This document shows, in pieces, positions 39,258-52,934 of a DNA stretch of 64,000 nt. Below the pieces are notes generated by a model, which was not told where the DNA came from, ran no database searches, and saw only the letters and a list, made by a program, of their open reading frames with translations. A program made the position numbers and the translations under genes. Within the stretch, counting starts at the first letter, position 1. The number at the start of each line of letters is the position of its first letter. Origin of the DNA: Octopus vulgaris (lineage: Eukaryota); the NCBI GenBank assembly GCA_951406725.2, contig OX597814.1, forward strand, positions 15,438,001-15,502,000, written 5' to 3'.

Positions 39258-39592
39258 GTCATGTACTGGAGTAGGTCGCGTTGAAACTACAAAAAATTCT
39301 CCTTAAGTAGTTACACTCATACATACACAAAGTATGTTTATACATGTAAGTGGAAAAACGAATCAAAGTGATAAGATATATATAGGTTTCAAATTTTGAT
39401 ACAGGGCAAGCAATTTCGAGGGAGGTTAGGCTACTGGATTACACCAAACTTAGCGCTCAACTGGTACTTATTTAATCAACCCTGCAAGGACGAAGGACAG
39501 TTGGACACTGGAATTTGAACTGAAAACATATAGACAGACAAAATGTAGCTAAGCATTTTCCCGGCGGGCTAACGATTCTGCTAACGCACCAA

Positions 39593-39670
<78 letters not shown>

Positions 39671-39881
39671 CGTCTATCTATTGGTTTCAGATTTTGGAAC
39701 AAGGCCAGTAATCTCGGAGGTAAAGAGTTAAGTTGATTACATCGACTTCAATGTTTAGCTGGTACTTATCTATCGACCCCGAAACGATGAAGCGTAATCT
39801 CAAACTCGGTAGAATTTGAACTTAGAACGTATGTGCAGACGAAATTCCACTACTCACTTTGCCAGGCGTGCTAACGGTTCA

Positions 39882-39946
<65 letters not shown>

Positions 39947-40040
39947 ATTAATGATAGCTGACTCAGCTCCAGTTTGGTGGGCGCTTCCAATGTGACCATT
40001 TCACCAGAAACTCTGTTATGTATATATATATATATATATA

Positions 40041-40435
40041 CAAGGATGGTTTGAAAAGTTCCTTGGCTATGAAGAAGTGACGCTAGAACTAAAATTTTGC
40101 ATGCATTAATTTCAACAGATTTTAACTAGATTGTTTCCTCCAAGGTAGATTGATATCTGATTGTTCACAGAACACTTCAAAAGTAACTACTAGTGATTTA
40201 TGTCTTGAAGATTTGGCATCGTTGTGTAATCAAGTACCTGCAGAAAAGTGGTTTAACCTCCAATTACATTCATGTTTCTTCATTAGGAATGATAATCAAG
40301 CTTTATCTCGAAGATGACCCAGCGTCATGACATAACTACTACCACCAAGGAAAACATTGAGCGTGTTCACCAAATAATAAGCGATTGACTATAGATCAAA
40401 TAGTCAATGCGGTAAGCATATCCTGTAAGATAGAC

Positions 40436-40534
<99 letters not shown>

Positions 40535-41247
40535 ATACTCTGCACAATGAACTTGGTTTCACGGTCGGTGCCACGTCTTTGACTCCTGATGAAAAGTGTA
40601 GCACAGGGAAACTTGACATTGAGGCAGATCTAGCTGGCTTCTGTGAACGTTTTCTAACTCAGGATAGATATTGGGTTCATCTCATTGAAGCAGAGAGAAA
40701 GTCAAACCATGCAATGGAAATAATCTCCTCACTTACTCCAAAGAAAGCCATGGTTGTTTCATCTGCATGGAAGGTGATGACCTCAGCTTTTCGGCATGCA
40801 AAAAGCATTGCGTTTATTAACTATCTTCAAAAACAACACCCCATCAATGGAGGGTACTATGCCAACTTGCTGAGATAGTTACGAAAGGTTATCAAAACTA
40901 AATACCTTGGAAAACTGACAAAAAGGATCTTCCTACTTGAGGACAATGTTCCAGCACACAAATTCTTGCTTTGAATGACTGCTGTGCGTGACGGTGGCTT
41001 TGAATTCCTTGATCACCTTCCCCATTCTCCTGATGTTGCCCCCAGAAAATACACTTGGCTGGGACCAGTATCACAAGGATGATGACGTCGAATCTGTTGC
41101 TGACTTTTCTGACGAACAGCATGAACACTTTTTCACCAATGGGACGCGAGCACTGAAAAATTGCATGGACCGTAATGAGAACTATGTTGAAGAATAAATC
41201 TCATTTGGTCACACCCTATGAGAGTGTGTTGGTTAGCCTATGAACTT
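40041..41247 (+). mobile_element. decayed mariner transposon
   Basis: TIR-like CAAGGATGGTTTGAAAAGTTC; fragments VIKYLQK, EDDP, RFLTQDRYWVH, SAWKVM, INGGYYANLLR, DNVPAHK, HLPHSPDVAP. Confidence 0.85.
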
Positions 41248-41502
41248 AAATATAAATTTAAAATTAAGGATAAAGATTTCATCCTTAATTTTAAATTTAT
41301 ATTTTTCACCGGAATAGTTCAATACTGAATTTTTGTTCCGAATAGGCAGATTGTTAGCGAAATGCATTGCGAATAAGCCCGCCATTTTCATAGATATGTA
41401 AAGATAAACATTCGTACATATTTGGCTGTCGTACATAAAGATAAACATTCGTACATATTGGCTGTCGGGTACTGTCTTTTTTTCCTTACATGTCTTGAGT
41501 TC

Positions 41503-41566
41503 GTTGCACTGAAGAGCATAAAATGCATATTCTGCATTGATTGCGAAATCACAGATGATATGTAAC
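41503..41566 (+). ncRNA. type I hammerhead ribozyme with canonical core, in TA-tailed PLE-type remnant (~41247-41695)
   Basis: Stem I GTTGCA/TGTAAC, CTGAAGA, stem II GCA..TGC with inner ATGCA/TGCAT, GAAA, stem III TCA-CAGA-TGA, triplet ATA; predicted cleavage after 41560. Confidence 0.85.
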
Positions 41567-41693
41567 TAAATTCTGTTTTTAAATTACTTGCTTTGAAGTT
41601 TTGCATTCGGTACAATTTGTTTATTTTAGTAGTTTTAACTGCAGGAGTCCCTCCTAGCGTGCGGTACCTATGAATAATAGTACCCTCTATATA

Positions 41694-41699
<6 letters not shown>

Positions 41700-41734
<35 letters not shown>

Positions 41735-42012
41735 TATATATATATACATATGCATATATATATATACATATGCATATATATATATATATATGCATATATA
41801 TATATATATATACATATGCATATATATATACATATGCATATATATATATATATGCATATATATATATATATATGCATATATATATATATATATGCATATA
41901 TATATATATATATATGCATATATATATGCATATAAATATATATATATGCATATATATATGCATATATATATATGCATATAAATATATATATATGCATATA
42001 TATATATATATA
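41700..42012. repeat. (TA)n with interspersed TGCA
   Basis: Direct reading. Confidence 0.96.
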
Positions 42013-42488
42013 TTCACGCACATATACTACGTATAAAACGCAACAGTATCTATAAACTACGTATATAAAGAGATATACATACGTATACATGCAATGTAAG
42101 CACGATGACATAAATTGGTGTGCAAATCAGCAGAATTAACTTTAGAGATAAAAAGGATTAAAGTCGAAGTCGGCTGCATTTGATCTACGACAAATCTAAA
42201 TTCTGCAATTAATTTTGTCTATGTATTCTGTGGATACTGCCATTTCACTGACATTTCCGATTGTACTGTAATGAACATACATGTTAGTTAAGATATATAG
42301 TGCCTCCAATTTGGTACAGTTATGCGATATTTAAGTGTATTCAATGAATATGTGAACGTTATGCTTGGTTAAACCGTTGTGCTTCAGGCGGGAAACAATC
42401 CTTCCTTCTTTTTTTTGTTTTTAGCTCTAAGTCAATCAATAATGGAATGATGTTAAGCCAAACAGACATATGATCAAAGTCTATTCAC

Positions 42489-42556
<68 letters not shown>

Positions 42557-42640
42557 CTCCGTCTCATTCTGTCAAGTATTGGACTTTCGTTTCTGAACAC
42601 ATTTTTAATATATATTTCGGTTAGTAGTAGTAATGATATA

Positions 42641-43742
42641 CGAGGTCTGATCAATAAGTATCCTGACTGTTGCCATAGTAACGAAGTTAAAGCACACAGA
42701 GTGAAGCCGCTTGGCACAGATTAATCTTGAAAGTTCTAACTGACTTCCGCTGTTTACAACAGTGCTTCGAAGGAAGATGTGTAGCGTGTGATCGTCTCAT
42801 TGACCAAGACAGAGAAAGTTGCCATGCTGGCGATACCTGCTCAGATGCCTATGAAAAGTTGCAGAAAGTGTATGGAGAGGAGTTTACGAGCCGCACACAA
42901 GTGTACAAATAGTTCAGACGTTTCCAAGATCGCCAAAAGTATGTCGATATTGACGAACGTTCTGGGAGACTCACAACCAACAGAACTGAGAAAGACATCA
43001 CAGATGTGCGTGTAGCTGTGAGAGGAAATCGTCGAATCACCATCCGTGAGTTATCAGCGGATGCGCAGATTAGTTACGGTTAAGTTTCAGTCCATTATCA
43101 CTGACGATTTGGGTATGATACTCATGTCTGTCAAGTTTGTGCCAAAATTGATTTCAGCTGACCAAAAAGACACACGGGTTTCAGACGAGCTGGCAGAATC
43201 GTTAGAACGCCGGGCGAAATGGCTAGCGGTATTTCGTCTGCCGCTACGTTCTGAGTTCAAATTCCGCCAAGGTCGACTTTGCCTTTCATCCTTTCGGGGT
43301 TGATTAAATAAGTACCAGTTACGCACTGGGGTCGATATAATCGACTCAATCCGTTTGTCTGTCCTTGTTTGTCCCCTCTGCGTTTAGCCCCTTGTGGGTA
43401 GTAAAGAAATAGGGTTTCAGTTGTACAAGATCTTGATTGAGTCGAAAATGATTAAAACGTGTTGAAAATTTTGCGTAGGTTTCTGAGCAGGTACTGCCAA
43501 GATTTTGGCAAAACTTGATGCAGATTCTCTGTTCAACTTTCTCTGTCATGGTTGATGCAATGATCACACGTTACACACCTTCCTTCCATGCACTGCTATA
43601 AATAGCAGAAGTAAGCCAGAACGTTAACCTTAGTGCGCATGTACTGCATATGTCAAGGTCAATCTTTGCCAAGTGGCTTCACTCCGTATGCTTTAGCCTC
43701 GTTTCTATGGTAACATTCTGGATACTTATTGATCAGAACTCG
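42641..43742. mobile_element. mariner derivative with two 5' ends
   Basis: TIR CGAGGTCTGATCAATAAGTATCC / GGATACTTATTGATCAGAACTCG, TA flanks; + strand YEKLQKVYGEE..DERSGR..RRITIREL..KFVPKL; - strand MTEKVEQRICIKFC. Confidence 0.88.
43185..43411 (+). mobile_element. SINE family B inside mariner derivative
   Basis: 9-bp TSD GGGTTTCAG at 43176-43184 and 43412-43420. Confidence 0.93.
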
Positions 43743-45781
43743 TATATATTACTTTTAAACACATTATGTTAAATACTTTATAAAAATTAGTTTCTCTTCA
43801 GGACATCACAGATTTGTAATTGACATTAATATAGCGGTGTATGTGGTGATCTGGCAGAACTGATAGAGGGCGTCAGAAAAATGCGTCGCAATGTTTATTT
43901 TGGCTTGTCACATAAAAATCACGATTTCAAATCCTGTTAAATCAACCTAACCTTCATCTTCTTGGGTTGGTTAAAATATAATACCAAACAAGTACTGGGT
44001 TCAATGGTATCGGCTAATGATGATATTCCTGAAAAATTGCCGAAATCATTTGGTATGGTTGTAGGTTGGCTGGATCATTAAAAAATCGAACAAAAATGAT
44101 ACGGAGCATTCCTTCCTACTCTTTATGTTCGGAGTTCAAATTACGCCAATGTCAAGTTTGTCTTTAATTTTTTTCCTATCGCGATAAAATATAGTTAGAG
44201 TCAAATACTCGAGTCGATAAGTTTGCCGGGTTTGTTCTGAAATTAGAGCGAATTATTACTGAAAGAGTAGTGAAGGCAGTTAGCTGGCAAAATTGATAGA
44301 GCGAGGGAAAAGGACCCGTAATATTTGTTCCTGTTCTTCAAGACTGAATTCAAATCCGACTTCGGTCAACTTTGCCCTCCGATAAAGTAAAATACTTGGA
44401 TCAATGATAACTGCTAGCAATCACCCATCAAAATTGCCTGAATCAGAGATGAATATCAATATGATGGTGGAGGGCGGTGAGCTGGCAGAAACGTTAGTAC
44501 GCGGGCGAAATGCTCAGTAGTATTTCGTCTGTCGCTATGTTCTGAGTTCAACTTCCGCCGAGGTCGACTTTGCCTTTCATCCTTTCGAGGGTCGATTAAA
44601 TAAGTACCAGTTACGCACTGGGGTCGATCTAATCGATTTAATCCCTTTGTCTGTCCTTGTTTGTCTCCTGTGTTTATCCCTTTGTGGGTAAGAAAGAAAT
44701 AAGAATCGTTAGCACGCCAGGGAAAATTCTTAACGATCTGAGTTCAAATTTCTCCGAGGTCGACTTTTCCTTCCCATCTTTTCGAGGCCGATAAAATAAG
44801 TAACACCAAAGTAACCTCATCACCCAAACTTATTGGCGTGTGCGTAAATCTAAAACGAATGTTAATATGATGATGATAGTTGGCAGAATTTTCAGTGTCG
44901 GACAAAATGTCTTGCGGTATTTGGTCCAACTGTGTATGCTAAGTTCAAATCATCAAGTTTAAGTTCACCTTCCATCCCTAATGAGTCGATAAAATGATGA
45001 CCTAGCCCATTTTTTGACGATATCACAGTATTTTGACCATAACACAGACCCGTGTACCTGTGTTTGGAACTTTTTAAAGATTAGTAATAAACTGAGAGAA
45101 GCGTTAGAGCTTTCGATAAATTACTTGGCTATATTTACTTATACCTTTTCAGTTGTAAGTTCAAATTTCGCTGTAGTGAACTTCGCTTTTCCTCCTTCCG
45201 GAGTCGCTGTTCTTGACTACAACCCCATTCTAAATTGGAAGATGTGTGCCTATAATAACATCAATACTGCTAGAAATTAGTGCTGTTATTAGATATAATA
45301 TTGGATAGGCAGAATTGTCAGAGCGTCGGACACAATGCTTTCTGTTATTCAACTACCATGTTTTATATGTGAAATCAAATAGAACAGCGGTCAGCTTTGT
45401 TTTTCATTCTTCTGGTTTGTCAAATATAGATCGAGCTAAATATATGGGTCAATCTAAGTGAATAAACCCCTCTTCCAAAATGTTAACCCTTGTGCTTCTT
45501 TAAGAAAGATGCATTATACATGGCGATAAAGTGGCGATCTGCCAGAAAAGATAGTGACATTTCGTCTGTCTTTACGTTCTGAGTTCAGATTCCGCTTAGA
45601 TTTACTTTGCCTTTCATCATTTCAGGGTCGAAAAAATAGGTTCCAGGCATTTACTATAGTTACTCTAATAGACTAGCACCCTCCCCAAAATGTCGGGCCT
45701 TGTGCCTATATTAGTATAAGTTAGACTTGCCTCCACCCACAAATTTCAAGCCTTGTGCGTGTTATAGAAAGGTTTATTATG

Positions 45782-46513
45782 CGAAGGATTGCTGAAAAGT
45801 TCCTGGCTTTGGGTAATCGAAAATTCAGGAAGATCAATTAACTATGATTTTATTCAACACTAGCAGTATCGCCCGGCGTTGCTCGGGTTTGTAAGGGAAA
45901 TAACTATATAAGCATTTTTAGAGAGTTACTTCCCTTATAGATGCCAATTCGGGCTTTCTTAGCCATTTCTGTTTTGGTGTCTTCAAGCCATGAAGTCGTT
46001 GTTCTAAAAGAACGCTGGTCTCCTTGACAACGCTTTACGACGTTGATTTCCTTACACTCCCTTCCCCACAGCTTCACGAGGGAGGGAAGAAGGGGGAGAA
46101 GCAAACAGGTGCAGGTGTGACCATGGACGCCAACTCCGCCGCCATCGACACACGAAAAATTATGCATTAAAATGGAATAAAAAATGATGTTAAATTATTT
46201 TTAAAATCGTAGACTCATCGTAGACGCGCGCTAATACTCAGACGGGCTCGATATTAATGACGACTATAAGATACCCGAATTTGGTTAAACTGCACCGCAA
46301 AATGTGGGAGTTGTTAGGAATCTAAATCGAAGGGGACAGACACTCACACAACTACAGTTTTATATATATAGATATTCCATTTCTCAGACACACAAACTTA
46401 TTGCAGCAGTTTTTCGATTTTTCTAAGCCCTGAAAAAACAACTCGGATGGTTGGGCCTCTAATCAGGCCTTTCGCGACACCCTTAGAGCCACAAACTTTT
46501 CAGCAGCCCCTCG
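45782..46513. mobile_element. mariner-type MITE interrupted by a Helitron
   Basis: TIR CGAAGGATTGCTGAAAAGTTCCTGGCT / AGCCACAAACTTTTCAGCAGCCCCTCG-TA. Confidence 0.82.
45860..46372 (-). mobile_element. non-autonomous Helitron
   Basis: Minus strand starts TC, ends CTAG preceded by GC-rich hairpin CCCGAGCAACGCCGGG; inserted between A and T with no TSD. Confidence 0.9.
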
Positions 46514-47674
46514 TATATGGCGGTGGATGAGATGAGCGACCGATAAAATAACTATGAGATCAACTTCGTCTTTCATATTTAGCAGTCCTGTTCTGAGGTA
46601 AATTTAATGTACTACAATTTCTCCCAAATTTCTCCCAAGCCCAGTTTCTCCCAAATTTCTCCCAAGTCCAGTCTATGTCAAAGACATTAGTAGGCAAAAT
46701 TCCATACGATATTTAGATTCGAATACCTAGGTCCTGATTTCAAATCTCACCATCGTCAAATTTACAGTTCTTCCTTCGAGGGTCAATAGACAAGAAATCC
46801 TAGAGTCTTCTAAATAATCGATTAAAACCATTCTCCCCGTATATGCAGTTTCTGTCTCAGTTTCAAATCAATATTTTAAAATTTTATTCCACATAATTTT
46901 TTACAAGTCTTAGTAGTTAATATTTTCATCATTTTTTCTGCCAATAATCAAGATAAAAACATTTAAGCCATTCTCTTCATTACTTTATTTTGGCTTTTAC
47001 GATAAAGCATTACTTCATAAACCCTCATTTAAACGTATCTTCTGTATCGTATTATAACAGATAACATCGATTCATTTTTATTTCTATCACCTTTGTTTTG
47101 TTTTCTCTTCTTCCTATAGTTTGTGTATTTGTGAGCAAATGTCTAGTCTTCTTTCTTTCGCTCTCTCTCTCTCTCTTTCTCTCTCACACACACACACACA
47201 AAAACACATGCTCATACATATACATATAGGCGTATAGGCAGAAGAGAAAAATATAAAATATAGAAGCTAAGAAATGGAGTAATATTATCTATACATCTAA
47301 CTATAGACACACATGTATGTACGTGCGAGTGTGTGGGTGTAATAAATACGTACACTCTCGTAAAACTTAGCTACTATCGAAAGAATTGAATAATGCGTTC
47401 ACTGGTTCGGGTTTCGTGCTATGTATCTAGAATTTGCTCAATGACTGCAATGCAGATTACACCAGCTTGGCGTTTTATTCACGTTACGTATAAACTATAT
47501 AAATGTTTATCTGCTTTAAAACTGAGCTTTACGTTCACCGCAAGCATGTTATCGAGTTAACAACTACTTAGATACACCACTACTTGACCTATTTGTAGTA
47601 ATATTCAACTAAACTAAGAATCAGGTCTTCGTTTCATATATAATCATACAAATGTGTTATAATAAATAAACGTA

Positions 47675-47908
47675 AGGCGGCGAGCTGGCAGAATCGATAG
47701 CACACCGGGCGAAATGCTTAGCGGTATTTCGTCTGCCGTTACGTTCTGAGTTCAAATTCCGCCGAGGTCGACTTTGCCTTTCATCCTTTCGGCGTCGATA
47801 AATTAAGGGACCAGTTACGCACTGGGGTCGATTCTATCGACTTAATCCGTTTGTCTGTCCTTGTTTGTCCCCTCTATGTTTAGCCCTTTGTGAGCAATAA
47901 AGAAATAA
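47675..47908 (+). mobile_element. SINE family B, young copy
   Basis: GGCGGCGAGCTGGCAGAATCG..AATAAAGAAATAA. Confidence 0.92.
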
Positions 47909-49154
47909 GAATCGTTTGAACCGGAAAATAATTTACGCTATTCAATCCGGCTCTTTACGTTCTCAGGCCTGCTTTGTTTTTCGTCCTTTTAGTGTCAATA
48001 AAATAAAGTCCAACTCAGTAGTGAGATGTGTGGTATAGGCTATTCTTCCGCAAAAAATTTTTCTGATTAAACCTTAAATAAGAAAGTAACTATTGTAAAT
48101 TAACGCATGTTCCTCTTCATTCTTCGAAGGTCAAGAAACTGAACTGTTGAACTTGGCAATCTTATCGTCATTCTATGAAGTCTCTTTAAAGTTAACGGCA
48201 AATATTTTATAGATAAATTATATTGTTCACGGCAGCTATGTCAGTCAGAAAAGGAACAAACTTACCTCGGAGGTCTATCACACTTCTATCGCTTAGCTGG
48301 TATCCACGCTGGCAAAAGTACTATGTAAACTCGGAAAATTTTTAATTATCGAAATAACAAATATAAAAAACTCTCTACTTGATGAGTATAAAAATTTAAT
48401 GTCACGTGGTTTAGAAGCAGCAACATCGTATGGTCGGGTCAATGGTTGCCACAGTACTGGAGTCCAAAAGGATTATGAGCCTTTTAGGGGCTATATGAAA
48501 AACGCAGTGTTTTACAATTAAATGTAGTTGCTTTAATATCTGCCACAGCTGTATTAAGAATTGCATTCAATTTTGAAGAATGGGAACTTTTATTTGTTTT
48601 ATAGATCTTCTTTAAATCTAGAATTTGTACATCATTTAACATAAAATTTGGTTGGATTGGTTCAGTTTTTCTAAAATGTATGAAGAATAATTTTAAAATA
48701 GAACAATTTTAAAAAGATCGGCTTATATGTATATGTTAATGATTTATATTGAACACATATTTGTTCATATTTAAATATTTTCATATGAGAACAATGCGGA
48801 TTCGAATATATTTGTTTGAAGCCATAAATATTCTCAACCAGAAATACACTAGAAACTAGATTTTTTTCCTGCATAGATGTGGTTCACATTGAAGCTATTT
48901 CTATTATTTAACACGATTGATCAAAATTGAAATAAAATTGATTTATATGACTAGAAAAACTTAATTTGCTTTCTATATGAGAAAAATAGAAAACGAAAAT
49001 TAAAAAAATAATAACTCATATGGTTTTCAAATATTTCTTTTTTTCTATAAAGAATTCTACATATCTGTTTGATTCTTTTATTTTTTTAATAGACGATTTA
49101 ATTTACTATTATATACTACATATCTTATCTTAACCATTGTTTTGTATTGTATGC

Positions 49155-49620
<466 letters not shown>

Positions 49621-50033
49621 GGACATAATCTATTCTTAAGCATTTTTATACAGAATAAAATGTAGTCAGAAATAAATACATATTTTCTCTGTTTTAGATG
49701 AATTACTTGGGTGCTGTAAGCCTTAGCCAAAGTGGTGCTTCAAAGTATAAAAATAACAACAGAATGAGAAAAAAGATTTACGGTTGTTATCTGAGACCAA
49801 TGATGTTAACTTTCCATGACAACAATGGATCAGTATGAGATAATTTATAAATGTAGATACAGTGTTCATAGTCGAGACAGGAGCTGATTCCATTTCTCTG
49901 TCTTTGAATATGTGCAGGAATTGGGAGCAACATGAAGCCCGGATTGACAATGGAATTACAAAGAAGAAAAAGAAGTGGTTTTTGTAGAAGCAGCAGGAGC
50001 GGCCTCAGTATTAGTAGCAGGATCAGCAGAAGT

Positions 50034-50277
<244 letters not shown>

Positions 50278-51939
50278 AAAAGTGAACAGATATGAAAAAA
50301 AAAATACGTCGCTTTTGAATTCGGATTGTTGAGTAATATCACAGATGAAACGCACAAATGATGGGCCAATGAATAAGGTGGTGGCTGTGGAAACGTAAAT
50401 TCGGTCTTCACTCGAAGTAGAGGGGAGACTGGAGAAGTTTATGGTCGGCATTGCACAATAAAAAATATTTAGTAGAATCCATTCACAAACTGGGATGAAA
50501 AATGATAAGAGGATTGTTACGTTATTCCCTATATTACAAAATGTTTATCTTGTTTTGCATGTAAGTTATTTCATGGTCAATGTCATCGAAAACAGATAAA
50601 TCATACTGTTGATAGCTTTAACAATTGGCGAAAAAGTGAAGAAAGGATTTTTTTTTTTTTTGCAGGAAAATGAGCAATCGGAATTCAATATTTGTATTCA
50701 ACACCACGGATGGGAAAGATAGTACGGATAGCTGATGCTCTGGACAAAGAAAATGGAGGCCGAATACAGTAAATCGCAAGATGTCTTGAAGCGTGCAGTA
50801 TTATGCATTCGTTTTATTGCTGGAGATGCGTTGCATAACATGGTTCTATTCAAATTATTGAATCACCTGCAAATGGTATTCATCTTGGAATTATGTAATT
50901 ATATTCAGGAAATGAAACATTCTGAGCTAAACCCACTCATATGCATGCAAATTAAGAAGCATGTTATTCGTATTATTTGTCAGCTCGAATCTGCTCGAAC
51001 TCGTATCTATATTTGGTTAATTTGTTCAGAATGTGATTATCGATGACATTAAATCACCCTGTTGTATCTCACTTTCATTGGAATCCACTCCTGATATTAC
51101 TCATATTGATTAGCTGACGGTAAGGATTAAATATCTGTAATATTGCATAATCCATATTGCATATATTTATTTGAATGTTCATTAATATCTTAATGTGCAT
51201 TAATGTATATGTACATACACACACACACCCATATTTTATATTTATGCTTAATTTTATGACATACATAACTTGGGATTAGTTGACGGTTTCTTCCATGTGT
51301 GAAGATGAATGGTCATACAGCTAGTCTGGAATGTTGGAACGCAAACCTGATAAGTGAAACTGCAAAGGACATTCCTAGGATAACCTTTCATACATGAGTG
51401 GCGCAGGCTAAAAAAGAGAAGTGCAAGTGGGCAACGCATGTTGCTTGCTCGGTTCATAAATTGTCTGCCGTTGAGAAGTGTACAACAGAGCCGCACTGGA
51501 GCGGTTATTTTCTCTTGTTTCTTTAACGAAGATTATCTTTTTCTTCGTAACAATTCACTAAGTGAGCGCATTATGAAAGCATGATATTAATGGTGTATTA
51601 AAAATGTTGATTCGGTCCGTGTTATTATTGGTGTTAGTTATCAGGGTATACAATATTATGATAGAGATGAGATTTCGGAATGGAAAAAGCAAATTCCTGA
51701 ATTTCACAGAAAAGATTTCGCACTATTTAAAAATATGACCATGGAATGATATATAAGGTAGTCCTGACATCTAGAGGGAATATTTAATATACCTTTTTTA
51801 ATTCCGAAAATGTAAATAATTTATTTATTCATTCATCCATTTTTGCTGAGCTCACTCGCTGTTTGGCAGGTACAACAATGTTTGGATTTTAGTGAAGGCT
51901 GATTGTCTGCGTGCGCTTGGGCATATTTGTACGTAAATT

Positions 51940-51986
<47 letters not shown>

Positions 51987-51987
<1 letters not shown>

Positions 51988-52387
51988 TAGCAGTATTGCC
52001 CGGCGTTGCTCGGGTTTGTAAGGGAAATAACTATATAAGCATTTTTAGAGAGTTATAGCCAAAAAATAGCAAAACAATGCATTAAAAATGGAAAACAAAT
52101 GATGGTAAATTTCTTTTTAAATCGTTGACTCATCGTAGACATTTTAGAGAGTTACTTCCCTTATATAATAGCGAAAGAAATGCATTAAAATGGAAAAAAA
52201 TGATGGTAAATTTTTTTTTAAATTGTAGACTCATCGTAGACGCGCGCTAATACCCAGAAGGGCTCGATATGAATCACAACTATAAGATACCCGATTTTGG
52301 GTAAACTGCACCGCAAAATGTGGGAGTAGTTAGGAATCTAAATCGTAGGAGACAGACACACAACTTGCCTTTTATATATAAAGAAGA
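51987..52387 (-). mobile_element. non-autonomous Helitron (same family as 45860-46372)
   Basis: Shared ends TC..CCCGAGCAACGCCGGGCAATACTGCTAG; internal ~100-bp duplication. Confidence 0.9.
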
Positions 52388-52390
52388 TAT

Positions 52391-52457
<67 letters not shown>

Positions 52458-52934
52458 CATATATATATATGTATACTGTAATTTATTCGTTTAACTGTTT
52501 CAGTCATTTAACTGCGGCCATGATAGACCACTGCCTTAAAGGGTTTTAGTCGAAAAAATCGACTCTAGGACTCACTCTTTGTAGGCCAAGTACATATTCT
52601 ATCCGTCTGTTTTCCAGAACCACTAAGTTACGGGGACGTTACCACACCAGTATTAGGTGTCAAGATATATTGGCGGTGAGGGGGACAAACACAATCAAAA
52701 AGAGACTCACACATAAATATATACATATATATATATGACGTGTTTCTTTACAGTTTCCGTCTACCAAATCCATTGACAAGGACTTGGTTGGCTCAAGGAT
52801 TTAGCAGAAGACACTTGCCCAAGATGCCACTCAATGGGACTGAACCCGGAGCCATGAAACTGGGAAGCAAACTTCTTAGCATACAGCCATGTGTGTGTGT
52901 GTTTGTATGTGTGTGTATGTGTGTGCGTGAGTGT

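Larger units (their letters stand above)
43845..46860 (+). repeat. head-to-tail run of ~11 family B SINE-like units of mixed age
   Basis: GGCAGAA head / TTCAAAT / TTTCATCC..GTCGATAAAA motifs recur every ~200-220 bp; interrupted by a MITE and a Helitron. Confidence 0.7.

Noticed and set aside
50666-51046. Strong + acceptor (T-run GCAG) followed by a 103-aa ORF
   Set aside because: All three frames after the acceptor close quickly and the ORF has no recognisable homology; a non-coding exon cannot be excluded.
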